64,000 bases of DNA from an uncultured Candidatus Saccharibacteria bacterium (GTDB taxonomy: Bacteria > Patescibacteriota > Doudnabacteria > UBA920), in NCBI GenBank assembly GCA_964532425.1, contig CAZHIA010000002.1, positions 169,798-233,797 of the forward strand, read 5' to 3'. A model generated the notes under the pieces. That model had not been told where the DNA came from, searched no databases, and was given only the letters and a program-made list of their open reading frames with translations. Position 1 is the first letter of the stretch, and every line of letters begins with the position of its first letter. A program made the position numbers and the translations under genes. Of the stretch, positions 59,358-64,000 are shown one piece after another.

Positions 59358-59635
59358 AAAAATATTCCCATAAGGATCAAAGCCAAAATCGGACCCCAAA
59401 CTAACGCGTAGATATTCCTAATTTGATCAAAATTAAGAGGCACCTTCATCATCTGGTACCTTGGCGATTCCAATGTTAAAAATTTTTGTTTAACTTTGAT
59501 AACCCGATATGAGTCTAGCGGAAATACCGGCAAAAAAAGCAGTATTATCCACTTAGTAGCAATATATGAACCGTCGGCAGGATTAATCTCTCGCTTGCCA
59601 TAGAGCGTTGTCCCAAAACCATTGAAAGATAACAT
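59354..59635 (-). CDS. Small membrane protein
   Basis: NGFGTTLYG, TKWIILLFLPVFPLDSYRV. Confidence 0.7.
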   Translation of the reverse strand: MLSFNGFGTTLYGKREINPADGSYIATKWIILLFLPVFPLDSYRVIKVKQKFLTLESPRYQMMKVPLNFDQIRNIYALVWGPILALILMGIFL

Positions 59636-59899
59636 AGTCGTATAATTAAGTACGCTTTAAGTATATCCCTTTAGCGAATTAAAATAAATAGCTCTTAACT
59701 ACAGCCAAAATACGATACTACGATGATTACGATATTTTATTTAAAATATCAGAAAGCCAAATTTTGAAGTTTCCTAAATTTTTGTGCGAATAATTTTGGG
59801 GCCCCCTGGGGCGAATTTTCTATAAACGGTCGTCTTGCCCTATGCCCCGGCACCGGGGGTCGATAAAGCAAAACTGACACTGTGATAGAGGGTTGTAAC

Positions 59900-59924
59900 A
59901 AAAAAAGACCGCAAGGGCCTTTTT
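59900..59924 (-). terminator. Intrinsic terminator following the detached recombinase tail
   Basis: Minus strand AGGCC-CTTGC-GGTCT-TTTTTT. Confidence 0.6.
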
Positions 59925-59936
59925 GAGCGTTAAGGG

Positions 59937-60029
59937 CTAGGATTGAGTAGCGAGTAAAGGAATTAAGGCCCGAAATTGCTTTATTTCCTCTACCAAAAAA
60001 TGTAAGTTCTGAAAACTGAAGGCTACCAT
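59937..60029 (-). other. Detached 3' end of the recombinase gene (restored on excision)
   Basis: In frame from the att core: MVA-FSFQNLHFLVEEIKQFRALIPLLATQS*. Confidence 0.65.
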
Positions 60030-60072
60030 AAACAAAAATGCCTCACCCTTGTGGTGGGGCTTTTTTGTTTAT
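60029..60072 (+). terminator. Probable original tRNA-Glu terminator
   Basis: GCCTCACC/GGTGGGGC with A and T tracts directly after GGCTACCA. Confidence 0.7.
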
Positions 60073-60386
60073 CGATGTTCATCGATGGGGAATCGAACGG
60101 GCAGCAGTGAGCTAGTGGAGGCCAGCAGGCCGACACGTAGCGAACGCCGAAGAAGTGCTACGGATAGCACTTCTTTGCTGCCCCGGACAACGAAGCCCGC
60201 CTGGGGCGGGCGAGGCGGAATTCCCCCATGGGCAAGGGGATACAGCCGAGCGATCTAGGAACTGCCACCGGCAGTTTATCGCAATCCATGGACAAGTGAG
60301 TCCGCCAGCTGGCGGACGAGCGCGACAATTCCCCCATGAATCATCGAATGTAGCCGTAGGCGGTTCGATTCCCCCATGGGCTACCA
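60073..60386. repeat. Structured element with multiple tRNA-Glu 3'-end copies
   Basis: 25-bp exact copy at 60362-60386; ATTCCCCCATG at 60220 and 60328; inverted copy at 60085-60098. Confidence 0.8.
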
Positions 60387-60551
60387 CTAACAACCTCATT
60401 CCCCAGAATGGGGTTTTTAGTTTGGTTTTATTGATGCGAAATGAATTTTCCAAAATTTAGGTGTGATTGATATATTTTTGAAATATACTTATAGTTAAGG
60501 TAAATTAGTTTTCAATCCCAGTTTGGTACCCAAAAGCTAAAATAAATTGTT

Positions 60552-61283
60552 ATGGAAAATAATGAATTTGGAACTTTAATGCAGCGTCTTAAAGACATGC
60601 ATAATCGGTATTATAAAACTATACATGCTTTTTATGCCTATGAAGCTCTTCGTGAAGTTATAGCCCCAAATATTGTTGGTGAACACATGGCTCATGGAAA
60701 TGTAGAGGTATTTAATAAGTATAAAAACTTTTTTCTCCCAGCCAAAGAATCTTTAAAAGTATATTTTTTCTTAGAGCTCGCAAAATTATTTGATGCCTCT
60801 AAACAATCCTTGCACATTAATAAAATTATTAATTTTACTGAAAGTAACATTGAAAATTTAACTGTTGATGCATTCCAAGAATATAATCAGGACCGAGAAC
60901 TTGTTACTCAATTGATCAAAGAGTACAAAGGCATGTCGCATAAAGATCTTACAGAAATCAGAAACTCCCTCACTAAGCATCAGGTGGTCCTGGAAAAGTT
61001 GGAAGACTATAGAAACAAATGGCTTGTGCATGATGATTTAAATAAACCCGAGATACCTTCTATAACAGGAGAGGAAATAAAAAGCTTACTTGAAATAATA
61101 GAAAAAATTCTGAATTCTTTCACGGGTAAATTAAATAGTGAAAGTTGGTTATATAGTTATGCGGAAGACGAGACTAAATCTGACGTTCGTTTGGTTATTG
61201 ATCACCTGCGGAGATTTGAACCCTATAGAATAAAAGAGATTGAAGATGAGTATAAAGAGAATTTAAAAAAATTTTCCGTTTAG
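60552..61283 (+). CDS. HEPN (AbiU2-like) domain protein
   Basis: LELAKLFD and YRNKWLVH (Rx5H) motifs. Confidence 0.75.
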   Translation: MENNEFGTLMQRLKDMHNRYYKTIHAFYAYEALREVIAPNIVGEHMAHGNVEVFNKYKNFFLPAKESLKVYFFLELAKLFDASKQSLHINKIINFTESNIENLTVDAFQEYNQDRELVTQLIKEYKGMSHKDLTEIRNSLTKHQVVLEKLEDYRNKWLVHDDLNKPEIPSITGEEIKSLLEIIEKILNSFTGKLNSESWLYSYAEDETKSDVRLVIDHLRRFEPYRIKEIEDEYKENLKKFSV

Positions 61284-61461
61284 CCATTCTTTATCAAAAA
61301 TAAGTAAACTTCCCTCACCAAAGCCAAATAAGTTTTCCAGCCGTTCAGACGGTATCTACCACAAAAAACTCGAACATAATTCGAGTTTTTGTTTGCTAAT
61401 ATAATTTTATTATTAGTAAAGGTATTTTTACAGCTAATTGAATATATGGCATAATTATAAT

Positions 61462-61893
61462 ATGCAAAACAATAGGGAAACCCATATTTTACCTGAAAAC
61501 GAAATAGTGAACGCAATAGCGCAAAATGCTCAGTGGGAATTGAATTCTCGTGGAAATGATGTCATAACTCTAAGTTATGGAAGGAAAGATTTAATGATTG
61601 TTGCCAGTAAACGTGATAATTCGGTTATTACCAGAGTTGAAAATATGAGGGAGTCTGGCCAAGAAGAAAATGAAACCACCTTGTTATATACTGCAGCTAA
61701 AAAAATAATGGGGCAGCTTGCTCAAAAATACAAAAGCGATTTAAAGTATACTATAAGTACTTCGGATGAAAGTATGAATGCTTGGGCACAAAGTAAAGGT
61801 GTTAACATTTTTAATTTACAACCGGCTTCTGATATCCGTGATGATTTTGATCATCATTATCGAGCAACTATAGCATATAAACCAGAGGAATAG
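61462..61893 (+). CDS. Hypothetical protein
   Basis: ORF in an AT-rich block. Confidence 0.6.
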   Translation: MQNNRETHILPENEIVNAIAQNAQWELNSRGNDVITLSYGRKDLMIVASKRDNSVITRVENMRESGQEENETTLLYTAAKKIMGQLAQKYKSDLKYTISTSDESMNAWAQSKGVNIFNLQPASDIRDDFDHHYRATIAYKPEE

Positions 61894-62081
61894 GTTTTAA
61901 AACTATAATGCAGATTGCAAAATAATGATTTAGTTAGGTGGCCATTCAAACATTGATTAAATTTAAATAAACACCTTTTATCAAAGCCAAAAATTTTTTC
62001 ACCTGTCTCGACTTGGTCTACCAACAAAAGAACACTGCTTCATAGTAGTGTTCTTTTATTGGTAATTAATATAGGATGTGG

Positions 62082-62342
62082 TTATTTACCCTGTTCATTC
62101 AGTTTGTAAAACTTCGTAACCGCTTTTTTGAATTTTGTTAGCGTACCTGGCAAATCATTCATGTTAACTTCATTCTCATCTAAGCCCATTCCACGCGCGG
62201 CTTCTTTTAATTCGGCCTCCACCGAATCGCCTGCGGTAATGCCGTCTATGGCAAGCTCAAATTCTTTTATCCTCGCGCTTGCTGCTAATTCCCGGTCACT
62301 TAATGGTCGTTCGTGAATTGGCAGCCTATGTTCTCCGTCCAT
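62082..62342 (-). CDS. Hypothetical protein
   Basis: 86-aa ORF. Confidence 0.55.
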   Translation of the reverse strand: MDGEHRLPIHERPLSDRELAASARIKEFELAIDGITAGDSVEAELKEAARGMGLDENEVNMNDLPGTLTKFKKAVTKFYKLNEQGK

Positions 62343-62527
62343 AATTTGAATAGCTAATTATCTCTATTAGCTTTAGTTTATAAGGTTTTATTTCCAAAAG
62401 CAAACAATCATCTTTTTGGCGAGCCGCACGATGGTTGTCGGACCGATGCCGATCTGCCATGCAAAAATGCCTCCCTATAGGGATGAGGCATTTTTTTCTA
62501 AGATGATCCTTGTGCTAAGCTTTTCCT

Positions 62528-63025
62528 CTACCAACTCTGATCATCACCAGACGGGCCGTAGATTTTAGGTATGGGGATGTTGTTCAGCCGCATGTAGACC
62601 GTGAGCTGTCCGCGGTGGTGGACGAGGTGGCGGATGGTGGAATCAACGTTGTTTTTCTTGGTGTCGGTCATAAGCGTCTGACCTTTCATTTTGAGAGAAA
62701 ACTCTTTCATCAGTTCTTCGTCGGAGACGTGTTCCAATGCTTTGCGGGCGGCAGCCATGCATTCATCGAAATGTTTCGGCAGATCATCCACCGAATTCAT
62801 CTGAAACCGTTCATAGGTAGCAAAGTCTATCTCGCCCTGGCTGATGATGGCATCGATCCATTTTGGTATGTCCGAAACGGTAATGGCCAGGCTTTTCAGC
62901 GGCATGGCTTTTTCTGTCGGCTTGTATTCCATCACTTGGTCTGTCAGCCGTTCGAGACATTTTCGAGTGGCTTCAGCTTCGGATTCCAGCTGGGAGAGAT
63001 AAATTTGTCCGAGGGGAACATTCAT
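62528..63025 (-). CDS. DinB family protein
   Basis: E..ATRKCLER, HLVHHRGQLTVYMRL, YGPSGD. Confidence 0.9.
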   Translation of the reverse strand: MNVPLGQIYLSQLESEAEATRKCLERLTDQVMEYKPTEKAMPLKSLAITVSDIPKWIDAIISQGEIDFATYERFQMNSVDDLPKHFDECMAAARKALEHVSDEELMKEFSLKMKGQTLMTDTKKNNVDSTIRHLVHHRGQLTVYMRLNNIPIPKIYGPSGDDQSW

Positions 63026-63265
63026 AGAGCTCCTTTCATTTGATTTAAAAGATGTATTGATAGTATATCAAAAGTTTTGGCAGGTTCTGCGGTCTCGTAA
63101 TGCTATCTATGACGGCAATAAGGCGGGGGAGTTGTGAGGCACAATTGAAAACCGGCACCATAGTATTGGTGCCGGTTCTGGTCAGGCTTGAATGAACTAG
63201 GGTCATACGTCAACCCTTCTTGAAATACCGGAATTGGAGTATACTGTGGCCATGAAAGGAGGGTT

Positions 63266-63541
63266 ATGGGTTGGATGCTATTAGTACTGGTCGGCCTTGG
63301 CCTTGCCCATATGTTGAGTACCGGTTCGACTGGAAATGCTGCCAACGATCCGGAAGCGACACCGCCCGCACCGGAACCCGAATCACTGCCAAACTCCCAC
63401 AACGAAAATTCTTCTGCGTGGGTGGAAGACTCTGAAAGTCCGCCGGAATCCGATAGCAGAGACGAAGATGCTCAGGTCCGCCCGGAGGATGATCCTTACT
63501 ATTGCACCTGTGGCTGCGGCCACTACATGCAGGGTGATTGA
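63266..63541 (+). CDS. Small protein: N-terminal TM, acidic linker, C-terminal CxCGCGH
   Basis: GGAGG SD; terminator-like hairpin downstream. Confidence 0.5.
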   Translation: MGWMLLVLVGLGLAHMLSTGSTGNAANDPEATPPAPEPESLPNSHNENSSAWVEDSESPPESDSRDEDAQVRPEDDPYYCTCGCGHYMQGD

Positions 63542-63651
63542 CAAATGAACTAACCGGCCGTGTGCCGGCACGAAGCACGCGCTTTCTTACAAGAAAGCGC
63601 GTGTGTTTTTAAATAAAAACAGCGCCCTTGGCAAGGACGCTGTAGGAAAAT

Positions 63652-63975
63652 CTAGCTGATTCCCCAAAGAATGTGTTTGTACTCCTTCGGACACTCGCAC
63701 GGCTGGTAGCCTCCGGTAGCAGCATCTCCCACCCACTGGTACCACCACTGCCGGTACTGCTTCAGGCCGCCAAAGCCATAGAGAGCATCTGCTTGTACAG
63801 TCGCTATAACCGCATAGCGATACGAGTACTCAAAGATGTCTCCCTCGTTTCTTTCTACAATCTGCTTGGCCCGCTTGAGTGTCGAACACATAGCTATGGT
63901 CCGAGCTCCGCCGTATTGCTGGCTCTCCCTACTAGGCCAGCCCTCTACAATTGTAGTAATTGAGTAAAGTCTCAT
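63652..63975 (-). CDS. Hypothetical, phage-like protein
   Basis: N..DIFEY.Y.YAVI motif recalled from phage proteins (unverified); AAGGGG SD. Confidence 0.65.
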   Translation of the reverse strand: MRLYSITTIVEGWPSRESQQYGGARTIAMCSTLKRAKQIVERNEGDIFEYSYRYAVIATVQADALYGFGGLKQYRQWWYQWVGDAATGGYQPCECPKEYKHILWGIS

Positions 63976-64000
63976 AGGTTCCCCTTGCAAGGGGGCTACC

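Larger units (their letters stand above)
46750..60029. mobile_element. tRNA-Glu-integrated, serine-recombinase genomic island (satellite/tycheposon-like)
   Basis: GGCTACCAT direct repeats at 46750-46758 and 60021-60029; recombinase plus primase-helicase; visibly AT-rich; an alternative right end is the 25-bp tRNA copy at 60362-60386. Confidence 0.85.

Noticed and set aside
46760-60020. Complete prophage or ICE
   Set aside because: No structural, lysis, relaxase or T4SS genes were recognised.
60362-60386. 25-bp tRNA copy as the island's attR
   Set aside because: It is the longer match, but the 60021 core better explains the composition shift, the in-frame recombinase tail and the restored tRNA terminator. 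It is kept as an alternative.
60049-60460. ORFs 60049, 60112 and 60155, or an intron-containing tRNA
   Set aside because: The ORFs are translations of GC-rich palindromes, and no matching 5' acceptor or D-arm half was found.
1-64000. CRISPR array or cas genes
   Set aside because: No regularly spaced repeat-spacer pattern and no Cas motifs were seen.
63994-64000. GGCTACC at the window edge resembling the att core
   Set aside because: It is only 7 bp, truncated by the edge, and consistent with chance.

Overview
This is a bacterial chromosomal window that looks like Patescibacteria/CPR. That taxonomy is an inference from the SD-less A/T-rich leaders on core genes, the CPR-style pilin, the surface proteins, and the nested palindromic and heptamer repeats. 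Positions 1-46.6 kb are a mosaic of mostly monocistronic genes: tsaD, mscL, SRAP, acpS with an acyl-adenylation/ACP/acyltransferase fusion, an RND pump, an Rnl1-like RNA ligase, surface/CAZyme/pilin genes, two paralogous minimal ATP-dependent DNA ligases, cspA, a PIN toxin-antitoxin pair and an ECF sigma cluster. An AT-rich island of about 13.3 kb is integrated at the 3' end of tRNA-Glu(TTC) (46683-46757). It carries a large serine recombinase, a primase-helicase, a structured ncRNA candidate and defence-like cargo. The most striking signal is that the att core (GGCTACCAT at 46750 and 60021) lies inside the recombinase CDS. In the integrated state the recombinase ends in a 10-aa tail read from the antisense strand of the tRNA. 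Excision would fuse it in frame to a different 27-aa tail with its own terminator, located at the far end of the island. All family assignments come from recognising motifs by eye; no database searches were run.
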